Shown: piece by piece, positions 1-11,964 of the stretch
Position numbering within the stretch: the first letter of the stretch is position 1
Layout: each line of letters opens with the position of its first letter
Assembly (NCBI GenBank): GCA_039585235.1
Contig: JBDGWG010000003.1
Span: 20,461 to 84,460 of the forward strand
From: Gemmatimonadota bacterium
GTDB lineage: Bacteria > Gemmatimonadota > Gemmatimonadetes > Palauibacterales > Palauibacteraceae
DNA length: 64,000 bases
Direction of reading: 5' to 3'
Notes under the pieces: generated by a model
Database searches by the model: none
What the model saw: the letters and a program-made list of their open reading frames with translations, nothing else
What the model was told of the DNA's origin: nothing
Program-made: the position numbers and the translations under genes

Positions 1-265
1 CGGCCGGGGCAGTGAAGACGCGGGTACATTCGGGAGGCGAATGAAGACGGCGCTGTCCGAACTCTCGGAAGTAGAGCGGTTCGACTACGTGGTCGTGAAC
101 GACGACCTGGAGGATACCTTGGAGGCGGTCGAGGCCATCGTGTCTGCGGAGCGCTATAGAGTGAAGCGGTTGAGTCCGGATGCGAGGGATCTCGTCCGGG
201 ATCTCAGCGAATCGTTGAATCGGATGCTGAGTGCATCCTTAGAACAGGAAGCGAGAAGCGAATGA
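1..265 (+). CDS. gmk: Guanylate kinase, C-terminal fragment (5' end lies outside the window)
   Basis: C-terminal motif FDYVVVNDDLEDTLEAVEAIV is typical of Gmk. The gene is followed directly by rpoZ and coaBC, the conserved gmk-rpoZ-coaBC order. Confidence 0.7.
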   Translation, partial: GRGSEDAGTFGRRMKTALSELSEVERFDYVVVNDDLEDTLEAVEAIVSAERYRVKRLSPDARDLVRDLSESLNRMLSASLEQEARSE

Positions 266-477
266 AGGTCTTTACTCCTGATGACCTCGTGCCGGCCGCG
301 TCGGACAAGTACCTGGGGGTACTCGTCTCGGCCAAGTACGCGCGAGAGCTGAACGCCCTCCCTCTTGAGCGCTCGCCGTACGGCGCCGAGAAGCTCACTA
401 CGATGGCTCTCGCGGCCATGTCGTCGGGCCAGCTGGAGTATCGACTGGTTCGTAAGCGCAGCGCCCCGGCGGAGTAG
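262..477 (+). CDS. rpoZ: DNA-directed RNA polymerase subunit omega
   Basis: 71 aa with the RpoZ-like motif KYLGVLVSAKYARELN. ATGA overlap with the gmk stop. Conserved gene order. Confidence 0.8.
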   Translation: MKVFTPDDLVPAASDKYLGVLVSAKYARELNALPLERSPYGAEKLTTMALAAMSSGQLEYRLVRKRSAPAE

Positions 478-482
478 TGTCG

Positions 483-1673
483 ATGCTGGACGGGCGTCGC
501 ATTTTGCTGGTGGTGTCGGGCGGAATCGCCGCCTACAAGAGCGCGATCCTCGTTCGCCGGCTGCGCCGGTCCGGTGCCCGGGTTGACGTGGTGATGACGG
601 CCTCCGCCGAGAAGATGGTCGGGGCCGCCACGTTTCACGCGCTCAGCGGTCGTCCCGTGTTGACGGACCTGTGGACGGAACCGCTCGCACATGTCGAGCT
701 CGGACGGGAGGCGGACCTGGCGATCGTGGCTCCGGCCACTGCCAATACCCTGGCCAGGATGGCGCATGGCCTCGCGGATGACATGGCGACGGCGACTCTC
801 CTGGCGGCTGCCTGCCCGGTGCTCGCCTGTCCCGCGATGAACCTGCGAATGTGGAGCCACGCCGCGACGCAGTCTAACGTGGAGACGCTCGCGGCGATGG
901 GAGTCCACATCCTGGGGCCCGAGGAAGGCGAGCTGGCCGAGGGCGAGGAAGGTCCGGGCCGCATGTCCGAGCCGGAGATCATCTTCCTGACGGCCGTCCG
1001 CCTTCTGCTGAGCGATTCGTCGTTCGCCGGGCGGAAGGTAGTGGTTACTGCGGGTCCGACTCGCGCGCCGGTGGACCCGGTGCGCTTCGTGGGCAACCGA
1101 TCTTCCGGGCGGATGGGGACGGCCCTCGCGTCTGCGGCCTGGCTTCGCGGAGCTGAGGTCGTCATGATCGCCGGGCCGACCTCCGTCGCCCCCCCCCACG
1201 GGCCGCGGCTGGTCCGAGTGGAGACGAGCGAGGAAATGGGAGAGGCGCTGAAGCGGGAATTAGGCGACGCCTCGGTCCTGGTCATGGCGGCCGCGGTGTC
1301 GGATTTCGCCGTCGCGAACCCATCTCAGAAGAAGATCAAGAGGGGTGACTGCGATACGCTCGAAGTTCGCCTCGAGGTGGGTCCCGATCTCCTGGCGGCG
1401 ACCCGCGAGCTGAGGAAGGCGCGCGGCGTGTTCACCCTCGGGTTCGCACTCGAGACGGACGATCCCGTGGGGAACGGTCGGAAGAAGCTGAAGGACAAGG
1501 GCCTCGATATGATCGCCGTCAACGAAGCTGGCCGAGCCGACCGCGGCGTCGAAGCGGAAACGAACCAGGTGACGCTCATCGACGAAGCGGGAGTGGTCGA
1601 TGAGATGCCTCTGATGTCCAAGTCGGCGGTGGCCGAGAGACTTCTCGATCACCTCGGAAATCGGCTCTCGTGA
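483..1673 (+). CDS. coaBC: Bifunctional phosphopantothenoylcysteine decarboxylase / phosphopantothenate-cysteine ligase
   Basis: N-terminal flavoprotein motif ILLVVSGGIAAYK and a C-terminal CoaB domain; about 397 aa. GTG at 477 is an alternative start. Confidence 0.88.
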   Translation: MLDGRRILLVVSGGIAAYKSAILVRRLRRSGARVDVVMTASAEKMVGAATFHALSGRPVLTDLWTEPLAHVELGREADLAIVAPATANTLARMAHGLADDMATATLLAAACPVLACPAMNLRMWSHAATQSNVETLAAMGVHILGPEEGELAEGEEGPGRMSEPEIIFLTAVRLLLSDSSFAGRKVVVTAGPTRAPVDPVRFVGNRSSGRMGTALASAAWLRGAEVVMIAGPTSVAPPHGPRLVRVETSEEMGEALKRELGDASVLVMAAAVSDFAVANPSQKKIKRGDCDTLEVRLEVGPDLLAATRELRKARGVFTLGFALETDDPVGNGRKKLKDKGLDMIAVNEAGRADRGVEAETNQVTLIDEAGVVDEMPLMSKSAVAERLLDHLGNRLS

Positions 1674-2548
1674 TGGAGATGGACCCACGAGAAGCCGTGC
1701 GGAGCTACCTGCAGGGTCGTGAGGCGCTGGGCGAGCCCGAGATGTTCCTGCCCGCCGGCAGCAGGGGGGAGGTGCTCGAGCAGGTTAGGACGGCCGGGGC
1801 AGATGCCGCGAGCCCGACGGCCGGCGGTACCGATGTCGGGCACCTCGCGCGTGCAGGCACGCGGGAGGAGATCCTCGGGATCGCGGACATGGCCAGCCTT
1901 CGCGAGGTCGCGGAGGGGTGCACTCGGTGCGAGCTTCATGCTACGCGGACGAAAGTGGTATTCGCGGACGGATCCGTCGATGCGAAGGTCCTGTGCGTGG
2001 GAGAGGCCCCTGGAGCCAACGAGGATCGAACGGGGCTGCCGTTCGTAGGAAGGGCAGGGAAACTGCTGGACCGTCTTCTGCTAAGCGTGGGGTTTCCGAG
2101 GTCGGAGGTGTTCATCTGCAACGTTCTCAAGTGCCGGCCTCCCGGGAATCGAAACCCGCTTCCTGGTGAGATCGACGCGTGCTCTCCCTTCATGCTGCGG
2201 CAGCTGGAGCTCGTGGGGCCAGCGGTCATCGTCGCGTTCGGTACGTTCGCGGCACAAACGTTGTTGGGTGCGCGCGACTCGCTCCGGCACATGAGGGGTC
2301 GCGCCCATCGGTACCAGGGGTTTCCGCTCGTAGTGACGTATCACCCGGCGGCCCTGCTCAGGAATCCCGGGTGGACACGACCGACGTGGCAGGACCTCCA
2401 GTTGGCCCGGCGGATCGTGGATGGAGATCATGGCCACACGATGAACCGCGCGCAGACGGATGAGGATGAACCCCTGACGCGCTCGAAGCCTCGGGCTGCG
2501 GAGGACAGGTCGACCGACCAATTGATCCTCGGAGGTCACGATGGCTGA
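1670..2548 (+). CDS. Uracil-DNA glycosylase, family 4 (phage-type DNA polymerase-associated UDG)
   Basis: Motifs CTRCELH, VLCVGEAPGANED, LPFVGRAGKLL and FICNVLKCRPPGNR are diagnostic of family-4 UDG. Confidence 0.8.
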   Translation: MMEMDPREAVRSYLQGREALGEPEMFLPAGSRGEVLEQVRTAGADAASPTAGGTDVGHLARAGTREEILGIADMASLREVAEGCTRCELHATRTKVVFADGSVDAKVLCVGEAPGANEDRTGLPFVGRAGKLLDRLLLSVGFPRSEVFICNVLKCRPPGNRNPLPGEIDACSPFMLRQLELVGPAVIVAFGTFAAQTLLGARDSLRHMRGRAHRYQGFPLVVTYHPAALLRNPGWTRPTWQDLQLARRIVDGDHGHTMNRAQTDEDEPLTRSKPRAAEDRSTDQLILGGHDG

Positions 2549-3935
2549 GCCTTCGGTGATCCCGGTTGATACCGCAGTCTCGGGGCGGCAGGTTCCGTGG
2601 TCGGAGGAGGCCGAGATATCCGTCCTCTCAGCCATGCTGATCGACGGTGACGCGGTGGCCCGGGCCATCGAGATGGTGGGAGACGGCTCGTTTTACAGGG
2701 AGGCCAACCGGAGGATCTACCGCGCCATGGTGCGGCTGTATTCCCGGGGCGAAGTAGTCGACGTCGTGACCCTGTCGGATGAGCTGAAGTCGGCCGCGGA
2801 GCTCGACGGGGCGGGAGGAATGTCATACCTGGCCCGGCTTGTCGACGCCGTCCCGACGGCGGCCAACATAGAGTACCACTGCCGGATTCTGCGGGACAAG
2901 GCGGTCCTCAGGCAGCTGATCGAGTCGGCGACTGACATCGTTCGGGAGGCCTACGACTCTCCGGCCGGTGAGGTGGATGACACCCTGGACCGCGCCGAAC
3001 AGAAGATCTTCCAGATAGCCCAGTCGTCGCAGCGTCAGGGCTTCGTCTGGATCAAGGAGATCCTGTGGCCCACGTTCGAGCGGATCGAGGAGTTGCAGAG
3101 CAGCCCGGGCTCCGTCACGGGCGTGGCAAGCGGCTTCCCGGATCTCGACAATCTGACGGCGGGCTTTCAGAAGGGTGACCTGATCATCGTGGCAGGGCGG
3201 CCGTCCATGGGGAAGACGGCGCTGGCCATGAATTTTGCGCAGCACGCGGCGATCGACAAGGAAGTGCCGGTCGCGGTGTTCTCGCTCGAGATGTCGAAGG
3301 AGTCCCTGGTGCAGAGACTCCTGTGTTCGGAGGGTCGCGTCGACGCGGGCCGGCTGCGACGCGGCCGCCTGCAGGACGACGAGTATGCCAGGTTGGCCAC
3401 AGCGGCCGGCCACCTGAACACCGCGCCGATCTGGATCGATGACACGCCGGCGATCACCGCCCTCGAGGTTCGCGCCAAGGCCCGTCGGTTGGCCTCCGAA
3501 GTGGACCTGGGACTGGTCATCGTCGACTACCTTCAGCTCATGACCGGTCCGGGCAACGCGGACAACCGGCAGCAGGAGATCAGCGCGATCTCGAGGTCCA
3601 TCAAGGCGGTGGCCAAGGAACTCAACGTCCCTGTCGTGGCTCTCTCGCAGCTTTCCCGCGCCCCGGAGCAGCGGACCGACAAGCGGCCGGTTCTGGCCGA
3701 TCTGCGCGAGTCGGGCGCGATCGAGCAGGATGCCGACGTCGTGCTGTTCGTGTATCGGGAAGAGGTCTATCGACGACCGGAGGATCTCGTGGACGATTCC
3801 GGTGAGTCGATCGAGGGGAAGACCGACCTGATTATCGGCAAGCAGCGGAACGGGCCCACCGGTACCGTCGGACTGTACTTCCACAAGAGCTACACGCTCT
3901 TCGAGTCGAGGACCCGCACATCGGACGCGCACTGA
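2541..3935 (+). CDS. dnaB: Replicative DNA helicase
   Basis: 464 aa. N-terminal motif EAEISVLSAMLID. Walker A GRPSMGKTA. C-terminal motif GKQRNGPTG. Confidence 0.92.
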   Translation: MAEPSVIPVDTAVSGRQVPWSEEAEISVLSAMLIDGDAVARAIEMVGDGSFYREANRRIYRAMVRLYSRGEVVDVVTLSDELKSAAELDGAGGMSYLARLVDAVPTAANIEYHCRILRDKAVLRQLIESATDIVREAYDSPAGEVDDTLDRAEQKIFQIAQSSQRQGFVWIKEILWPTFERIEELQSSPGSVTGVASGFPDLDNLTAGFQKGDLIIVAGRPSMGKTALAMNFAQHAAIDKEVPVAVFSLEMSKESLVQRLLCSEGRVDAGRLRRGRLQDDEYARLATAAGHLNTAPIWIDDTPAITALEVRAKARRLASEVDLGLVIVDYLQLMTGPGNADNRQQEISAISRSIKAVAKELNVPVVALSQLSRAPEQRTDKRPVLADLRESGAIEQDADVVLFVYREEVYRRPEDLVDDSGESIEGKTDLIIGKQRNGPTGTVGLYFHKSYTLFESRTRTSDAH

Positions 3936-4019
3936 TCGCCGCCAAATTGAGAGGATGTTGAGGGTCGCGCCTCAATTGGGTACCGGACAGGCCACCGAAA
4001 CAGGAAGCCCGATGAGGCC

Positions 4020-5387
4020 ATGAGCCGCGTCAAGACCTTGTTCGTGTGTCGCGATTGCGGGGCGGGGACTCCGCGGTGGGAAGGTCGCTGCCCGACGTGC
4101 GGCGAGTGGAACTCGCTGGACGAGAGCAGGACGTCTCCCGCCGTCCGGGGGTTCCGTGAAGGGCGCGCGGTGAGCCGGGTGAGGGCCCTGGGCGCAACTG
4201 GCGACGCCTCGATCGGCCGACTCGCCACCGGCTTCGGCGAGGTCGATCGTGTGTTGGGGGGCGGCATCGTTCCGGGCTCGGTCGTACTACTCGGCGGAAC
4301 TCCCGGGATCGGCAAGTCCACCCTGTTGCTACAGGTCGCCGGTCACCTGCGGGATCGTGGGCACGCGGTGCTCTACGTGTCGGGCGAGGAATCGGCGGAG
4401 CAGGTGGCCATGCGGGGTGCCCGCCTGGGCACGCCGGACGACCTGGCGTTCCTTGGATCGAACGATCTCGAAGAGGTGATCGCCGCCGTTCGCGATACGC
4501 GCCCGGAAGTGGTGTGCGTGGATTCAGTCCAGACGATCAGCTCCCGGCAGCTGACGTCGACTCCCGGCGGTGTGGCGCAGGTCCGCGAGGCAGCATCCGT
4601 CCTGCAGCGAGAAGTCAAGGAAACGGGGTCGGCCTGTGTCTTGGTTGGCCACGTGACGAAGGGCGGCGCGCTGGCCGGTCCGCGCACACTGGAGCACCTG
4701 GTCGACGTGGTCCTCCATTTCGAGGGGCAGCGATCGGGCGATCATCGCATCCTGCGCGGCTCGAAGAACCGGTTCGGGAGCGTCGATGAGATGGCGGCGT
4801 TTCGGATGGACGCCTCGGGCCTGGTGCCCGTGCCGGATCCGTCAACCCTGTTTCTCACGCCGAACGGGGCCGAATCGAGCGGGGCGGCGGTGGCCGTCCC
4901 GGTTCACGGTAGCCGACCGATCCTCGCGGAGGTTCAGGCGCTGGTCGCGCGGGCCCGGTTCGCCGTGCCGCAGCGCGTGTGTACGGGGTTCCCGGGACGC
5001 CGGTTGGCGATCCTGCTGGCCGTCCTCGAGAGGAAGGGCGGCGTGGCGCTGGGAGAGCAGGACGTGTTCCTCAACGTGGTCGGCGGGCTCCGAATGGGCG
5101 ATCCAGCGGCGGACCTGGCTGTCGTAGCGGCTCTCCTGTCGGCCGGAGCGGATCGCCCGTTCACTCCAGGCACGGCGTTCTTCGGCGAGGTGGGCCTCGG
5201 GGGCGAGGTGCGCGGAGTGTCCCATGGAGAGGCCAGGATCAAGGCGAGTATGGGCGCAGGGCTACGCACGGTCGTGGCACCGGAGGCTCTGCGGGCTGAT
5301 CTGACGGGTGGGTCCGACGCGAACCTCCGATTCGTGAGGCACGTGCGCGAGGTGGGCGAGTTTCTGGTCCCGGTCGGTACGCCGTGA
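4020..5387 (+). CDS. radA: DNA repair protein RadA/Sms
   Basis: N-terminal zinc ribbon CRDCGAGTPRWEGRCPTCGEWNS. Walker A GTPGIGKST. KNRFG motif. Lon-like C-terminal domain. Confidence 0.92.
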   Translation: MSRVKTLFVCRDCGAGTPRWEGRCPTCGEWNSLDESRTSPAVRGFREGRAVSRVRALGATGDASIGRLATGFGEVDRVLGGGIVPGSVVLLGGTPGIGKSTLLLQVAGHLRDRGHAVLYVSGEESAEQVAMRGARLGTPDDLAFLGSNDLEEVIAAVRDTRPEVVCVDSVQTISSRQLTSTPGGVAQVREAASVLQREVKETGSACVLVGHVTKGGALAGPRTLEHLVDVVLHFEGQRSGDHRILRGSKNRFGSVDEMAAFRMDASGLVPVPDPSTLFLTPNGAESSGAAVAVPVHGSRPILAEVQALVARARFAVPQRVCTGFPGRRLAILLAVLERKGGVALGEQDVFLNVVGGLRMGDPAADLAVVAALLSAGADRPFTPGTAFFGEVGLGGEVRGVSHGEARIKASMGAGLRTVVAPEALRADLTGGSDANLRFVRHVREVGEFLVPVGTP

Positions 5388-6094
5388 AGGGCGCGTCGGC
5401 GGTGATCGTGGCGGCCGGCAAGGGTGAGCGCCTCGGGTCGCCGAAGCAGTTCGTGCCTCTGGGGGGGATACCGCTCCTCCTTTGGAGCGTCAGGGCGTTC
5501 GACAGCCATCCCCGAATTGGCGAGGTCATTGTCGTGCTGCCTGCCGAATCGGCTGCGACGCCGCCGGATTGGCTGAGAGGGCAATCCGTGCGATGGTGCG
5601 CCGGTGGAGAGACCCGGCGAGAGAGCGCGGGAGCCGGTGTGCGGTCGGCGGAGGTCGACTCGGCCATCATCCTGATCCACGATGCGGCCCGCCCGTTCGT
5701 CTCCCATGAAGTGATCGACCGGGTAATCGAGGCAGCGTCCAGGACGGGAGCGGCGCTACCGATCCTTCCCGTCGTCGATACGATCAAGCAGACCGAGGCG
5801 GGGCAAGTTCTGGAGACCGTGAAACGCCAGGGGCTCGGGCGCGCGCAGACGCCCCAGGGATTCGACTCCGCCTTGATTCGGGGGCTGCACTCCCGGGCGG
5901 CACAGGCGGGCAAGTCCGTATCGGACGACGCGGCCCTGTGCGAGCTGGAGGGGCATCCGGTCGCCGTGGTCCAGGGAGACGCTTGGAACCTGAAGATCAC
6001 GACGGCCGCGGATCTGGAGCTCGCCGAGTGGTTGCTCGACTCGGGCAGGATGAGCGTCCCCGGAGCTCAGAGCCCCTCCGGTGGCGCGGTATGA
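5384..6094 (+). CDS. ispD: 2-C-methyl-D-erythritol 4-phosphate cytidylyltransferase
   Basis: Motif VIVAAGKGERLG...PKQF is typical of IspD. GTG start overlaps the radA stop. Confidence 0.85.
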   Translation: MKGASAVIVAAGKGERLGSPKQFVPLGGIPLLLWSVRAFDSHPRIGEVIVVLPAESAATPPDWLRGQSVRWCAGGETRRESAGAGVRSAEVDSAIILIHDAARPFVSHEVIDRVIEAASRTGAALPILPVVDTIKQTEAGQVLETVKRQGLGRAQTPQGFDSALIRGLHSRAAQAGKSVSDDAALCELEGHPVAVVQGDAWNLKITTAADLELAEWLLDSGRMSVPGAQSPSGGAV

Positions 6095-6728
6095 GACGAT
6101 CGCGGTCTCAGCCGGGACCGCGAGCATGGATCGGGCCGTACGGAAGGCCGTGGAAGTTCTGGAGGCCGGCGGCGTGCTGGGGCACCCGACGGACACGGTA
6201 TACGGAATCGGTGGGGCGGCGCGAAACGAAGTCGATCGGCGCGTCGCGGAGCTCAAGGGGCGGTCGGTGGAGCGATCTCCAGTCCTCCGAATCGCCCTGG
6301 ACGCAGACGTGCTCCGGGCTTTCTTTCCCGAGCTCGAATGGACCCTGCCGGCCGAACGGCTGGCCGCCCGGTTCTGGCCGGGCGCCCTGACGATGGTATT
6401 GGCGGACGGCTCGGGGCGCGGAGTCGCCGTGCGGGCCGAGGGACACCCTGTCATGCGAGCGGTTCTGAAGGCGTGGAATGCTCCCATCGGGTCCACCAGC
6501 CTGAATTCTGTTGGTGAGCCGCCGGCCGTGACGGCACGGCAGGCGGGTGCGGTCCTCGAGATGATGCCGGACGTGGACGTTCCCGTATTACTCATGGACG
6601 CGGGACATCTCTCGGGGCCTCCGCCTTCCACCCTGGTGTCGTTCCTGACGGCCACTCCGGAGTTTCTTCGTGAGGGAGCAGTCTCCCGCGCTGCGATCGA
6701 GGCCTGCCTCGAAGGGGCGAGGCCGTGA
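6081..6728 (+). CDS. tsaC: L-threonylcarbamoyladenylate synthase (YrdC/Sua5 family)
   Basis: Motif GGVLGHPTDTVYGIGG. The real start is probably the internal ATG at 6126. Confidence 0.75.
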   Translation: MARYETIAVSAGTASMDRAVRKAVEVLEAGGVLGHPTDTVYGIGGAARNEVDRRVAELKGRSVERSPVLRIALDADVLRAFFPELEWTLPAERLAARFWPGALTMVLADGSGRGVAVRAEGHPVMRAVLKAWNAPIGSTSLNSVGEPPAVTARQAGAVLEMMPDVDVPVLLMDAGHLSGPPPSTLVSFLTATPEFLREGAVSRAAIEACLEGARP

Positions 6729-7186
6729 CGTCGCTATTGTTCGTGTGTACGGGCAACACGTGTCGCAGCCCCCTGGCCGAGGCCTTTGCCCGTCTGGAGG
6801 CCGAGCGCCGGAGTATGGACGTCACGATCGCGTCCGCTGGCACCTTCGCGGCCGAAGGATCTCCCGCGTCGGCTCACTCGATCCGCGCGGCGGAGCGCCG
6901 GGGGGCGGACCTGTCCGCACACCGATCCCGGCGGCTCCGTCCGGAGACGCTGGAGGGCGCGGATCTAGTGCTCGCCATGACGCCCGGTCATCTGACGGCC
7001 GTGCGGACGCAGCATGGCCGCGAGCTGAACGCGGCGCTGGTAACCGACTACCTGCCCCTCGATCACGACCGATTCGGGGAGGCGGTGTCCGATCCGTTCG
7101 GGGGTGGCGAGGAGAAGTATGAAGAGGTTGCGCGGCTTCTGGAGCAGTGCGTCGCGAGCATTCTTGATCGGTTGGCCGAGAGGTGA
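6725..7186 (+). CDS. Low-molecular-weight protein-tyrosine phosphatase
   Basis: P-loop LLFVCTGNTCRSPLAEA (CX5R motif). About 153 aa. Confidence 0.75.
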   Translation: MTSLLFVCTGNTCRSPLAEAFARLEAERRSMDVTIASAGTFAAEGSPASAHSIRAAERRGADLSAHRSRRLRPETLEGADLVLAMTPGHLTAVRTQHGRELNAALVTDYLPLDHDRFGEAVSDPFGGGEEKYEEVARLLEQCVASILDRLAER

Positions 7187-8021
7187 TCGATCGGCGATTC
7201 GGGCTGCTCGGCGATCCCGTTGCTCACTCGCTGTCTCCACGGATGTACAGGGCCGCGTTCGCTCATCTGCAGATCCCGGCCAGCTACGAGGCGCACAGGG
7301 TCCCCCGCGGAGATGACGAAGGTGTGCGGCGCACGATGCGAAACCTGGCGGCCGTGGGCGGCGGGAACGTCACGGTTCCGCACAAGGAAGTGGCCGCCCG
7401 GTGGCTCGATGCCCGCACGACGGAGGTGGAGCACACCGGTGCGTGTAATTGTTTCTGGCTCGATGAGCAGGGCCGACTCGCCGGAGACAACACCGATGTC
7501 ACCGGTTTTCTGGCGGCCGCAGCAGATCTAGAAGGCCTGCAGCTCGACGGTGGGGCGGTTCTGCTCATTGGAGCCGGTGGTGCAGCCCGGGCGGTCGCCG
7601 CGGCGTGCGCTTCGGCGGGCGTCCGTCGAATGGACGTTTGGAACCGGTCGGCAGGCCGCGCTGAATCTCTGGTCTCGGAGCTCGGGCTCAGCGGGATCGC
7701 TTCGGTGATTCGGGAGCCGGAATTTTCGTCGGAGACCTACGATCTCGTGGTGAACGCCACGAGCCTCGGCCTCGAGCGCACGGATCCCCTGCCTCTGGCC
7801 ATGGAGGCTGGCCGCTTTCGCTACGCCTTCGATCTGGTGTACGGTCCTGGAGGCACGGAGTGGACGCGGCACGCGTCAGCGGCCGGGATCGTCTCGATCG
7901 ACGGTCTCTCCATGTTGTTGAACCAGGCCGTGCTGAGCCTCGAAAGATGGTTCGGCGAGCTGCCCGACCGGGAAGGGGTGGTGCGGGCGATGTGGAAGGA
8001 AGCCGGCGGCCCGGTGACCTC

Positions 8022-8025
<4 letters not shown>
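7183..8025 (+). CDS. aroE: Shikimate dehydrogenase
   Basis: N-terminal motif FGLLGDPVAHSLSPRM. NAD(P)-binding motif LIGAGGAARA. Confidence 0.82.
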
Positions 8026-9862
<1,837 letters not shown>

Positions 9863-9885
9863 GCCAGGAGGCGGGCGTGCTTCGC

Positions 9886-11076
9886 ATGAACCTGGCGGAC
9901 CTGGCGCCCTCCAATCTGGAGGGACGCCGGGTCCTGATCCGCGTCGACTACAACGTGCCGCTCTCCGAAGACGGGTCGGTTTCGGACGCCACTCGCGTGC
10001 GGGCGACCCTGCCGACGCTTCGGCACGTCCTGGAAGCAGGAGGCCGGCCCATCCTCATCTCGCACCTGGGGCGCCCCAAGGGCCAGGTCGTGCCATCGAT
10101 GTCGCTGGCTCCGGTCGCCCCCATATTGGCGGAGCAGCTGGGTGCGCCCGTGCGGTTCGTACCTGCGACGGATACGGACCAGGCGATCCTCGCCAGTGAG
10201 AATCTGGGACGAGGCGAAGTCCTCCTGCTCGAGAACACTCGGTTTCTGGCGGGTGAGACCGCGAACGAGCCGGCCCTGGCTGAGCGATTCTCCCGACTCG
10301 GCGATCTGTTCGTGAACGACGCGTTTGGCAGCACCCACCGGGCCCACGCATCTGTGGTCGGAGTGACCGAGTACCTGAGACCCGCCGTGGCGGGTTATCT
10401 GGTGCAGCGAGAGCTCGAGGCCCTTGCCAGTTTGCGAGAGGCCGAGCGGCGGCCGTTCGTACTCATACTCGGCGGGGCTAAGATCGGTGACAAGATCGGG
10501 CTGTTGGAAGCGTTCCTCGGAAGCACCGATGCGGTTCTGATAGGCGGAGCGATGGCCAACACGTTCCTCGCGGCTATCGGCGCTCCCACCGGACGCTCCC
10601 TGGTTGAGGAGGAGGCAGTACCGATGGCGAGCCGATTCCTGGATATGGGTGGGGACAGGTTGCACCTCCCGACTGATCTGGTCGTTGCGGATCCGGCGGT
10701 TCTGGACGCGAGCGACTCCAGGGTCGTGGATGCAGGAGCGGTTCCGCCTGAGCTCGCGGCCCTCGATATCGGACCGGACAGCCGTGAGGCTTTCGCATCT
10801 GAGGTGAGTGCGGCCGGAACAGTGTTCTGGAACGGTCCCATGGGCCTGTTCGAGAAGCCCGGTTTCGACGAGGGTACGGCGGCGGTGGCGCGCGCCGCGG
10901 CGGAGTGTACGGCGGCCGGAGGGTTCACTGTGATCGGAGGAGGGGACTCGGCCGCCGCGATCCGGCAAGCCGGCCTGACCGACTCGATTTCCCACGTGTC
11001 TACCGGTGGCGGGGCCTCGCTGGAGTACCTGGCGCAGGGCACGCTGCCGGGAATCGAAGCCCTGGATCCAGCTTGA
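9886..11076 (+). CDS. pgk: Phosphoglycerate kinase
   Basis: Motifs RVLIRVDYNVPL and ISHLGRPKG are diagnostic. A GTG at 9877 is an alternative start. Confidence 0.92.
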   Translation: MNLADLAPSNLEGRRVLIRVDYNVPLSEDGSVSDATRVRATLPTLRHVLEAGGRPILISHLGRPKGQVVPSMSLAPVAPILAEQLGAPVRFVPATDTDQAILASENLGRGEVLLLENTRFLAGETANEPALAERFSRLGDLFVNDAFGSTHRAHASVVGVTEYLRPAVAGYLVQRELEALASLREAERRPFVLILGGAKIGDKIGLLEAFLGSTDAVLIGGAMANTFLAAIGAPTGRSLVEEEAVPMASRFLDMGGDRLHLPTDLVVADPAVLDASDSRVVDAGAVPPELAALDIGPDSREAFASEVSAAGTVFWNGPMGLFEKPGFDEGTAAVARAAAECTAAGGFTVIGGGDSAAAIRQAGLTDSISHVSTGGGASLEYLAQGTLPGIEALDPA

Positions 11077-11082
11077 GGTATC

Positions 11083-11841
11083 ATGCCTGATGACGAGAGG
11101 CCGATCTTCGCGGCCAACTGGAAGATGCACATGGGACCGGCGGAAGCGAAGGCCTTCGTGGGGACCTTCTCGGATCTGCATGCGGAGCGTGAGGGCGCGC
11201 GTGTCGTGTTCTTTCCACCATACCTCAGCGTCGCTGCGTTCCTCTCCGCCTCCGGTAGTCGACGCGACCTGGAGGTGGGCGTTCAGGACGTCCACCAGGA
11301 GGTCTCCGGCGCCCACACTGGGGCCGTTTCGGCTCTTATGGGCAGACAGGCGGGAGTTAGCTGGGCCCTGGCGGGCCACTCGGAGCGCCGCCGGGAGTTC
11401 GGGGACGATGACGAAAGGGTAGCTGCCAAGATTAGTAGAATCCTCGAGGCGAGTCTGCACCCGGTCCTGTGCGTGGGCGAGACACTCCAGGAGAGGGAGG
11501 CTGGTCAGCTGGACTCCGTTCTGTCACGTCAGCTCGCCACGGTTCTGGAGGGCCTGTCCCCGGAGGAGGCTGGACTCCTTACGTACGCCTACGAGCCGGT
11601 GTGGGCGATCGGGACTGGCCGAACCGCCTCGCCTGCAGACGCGGCCGAGGCGCACGGCATCGTCCGACGAGAGATCGCACGATGCGGCGGCTCGATGGAC
11701 GCCCCCATTCTGTACGGCGGGAGCGTTAAGCCCGGCAATATCGAAGAACTTCTGGCGACCCCCGGTGTCGGCGGTGTCCTCGTCGGCGGGGCGAGCCTGG
11801 ACCCAGATGGCTTTGCCTCCATATGTGCTGCGGGGATCTGA
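11083..11841 (+). CDS. tpiA: Triosephosphate isomerase
   Basis: Motifs AANWKMH, AYEPVWAIGTG and GGSV. Confidence 0.9.
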   Translation: MPDDERPIFAANWKMHMGPAEAKAFVGTFSDLHAEREGARVVFFPPYLSVAAFLSASGSRRDLEVGVQDVHQEVSGAHTGAVSALMGRQAGVSWALAGHSERRREFGDDDERVAAKISRILEASLHPVLCVGETLQEREAGQLDSVLSRQLATVLEGLSPEEAGLLTYAYEPVWAIGTGRTASPADAAEAHGIVRREIARCGGSMDAPILYGGSVKPGNIEELLATPGVGGVLVGGASLDPDGFASICAAGI

Positions 11842-11911
11842 CGGGCGGACGCGCATCGCCTACCTGATGACGTTGACTCCGTTCTCTGGGATGCCTAGTT
11901 TCGGATTCGGT

Positions 11912-11943
11912 GCGGGGCCATTACGGTGGCCCGCGCCTTTTTT
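11912..11943 (+). terminator. Rho-independent terminator-like hairpin plus T6 tract between tpiA and secG
   Basis: gcggggcca-ttacgg-tggcccgc stem-loop followed by gcc TTTTTT. It lies upstream of the true secG ATG at 11965. Confidence 0.5.
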
Positions 11944-11964
11944 GTCACACGCGGAAGAGGTGGA

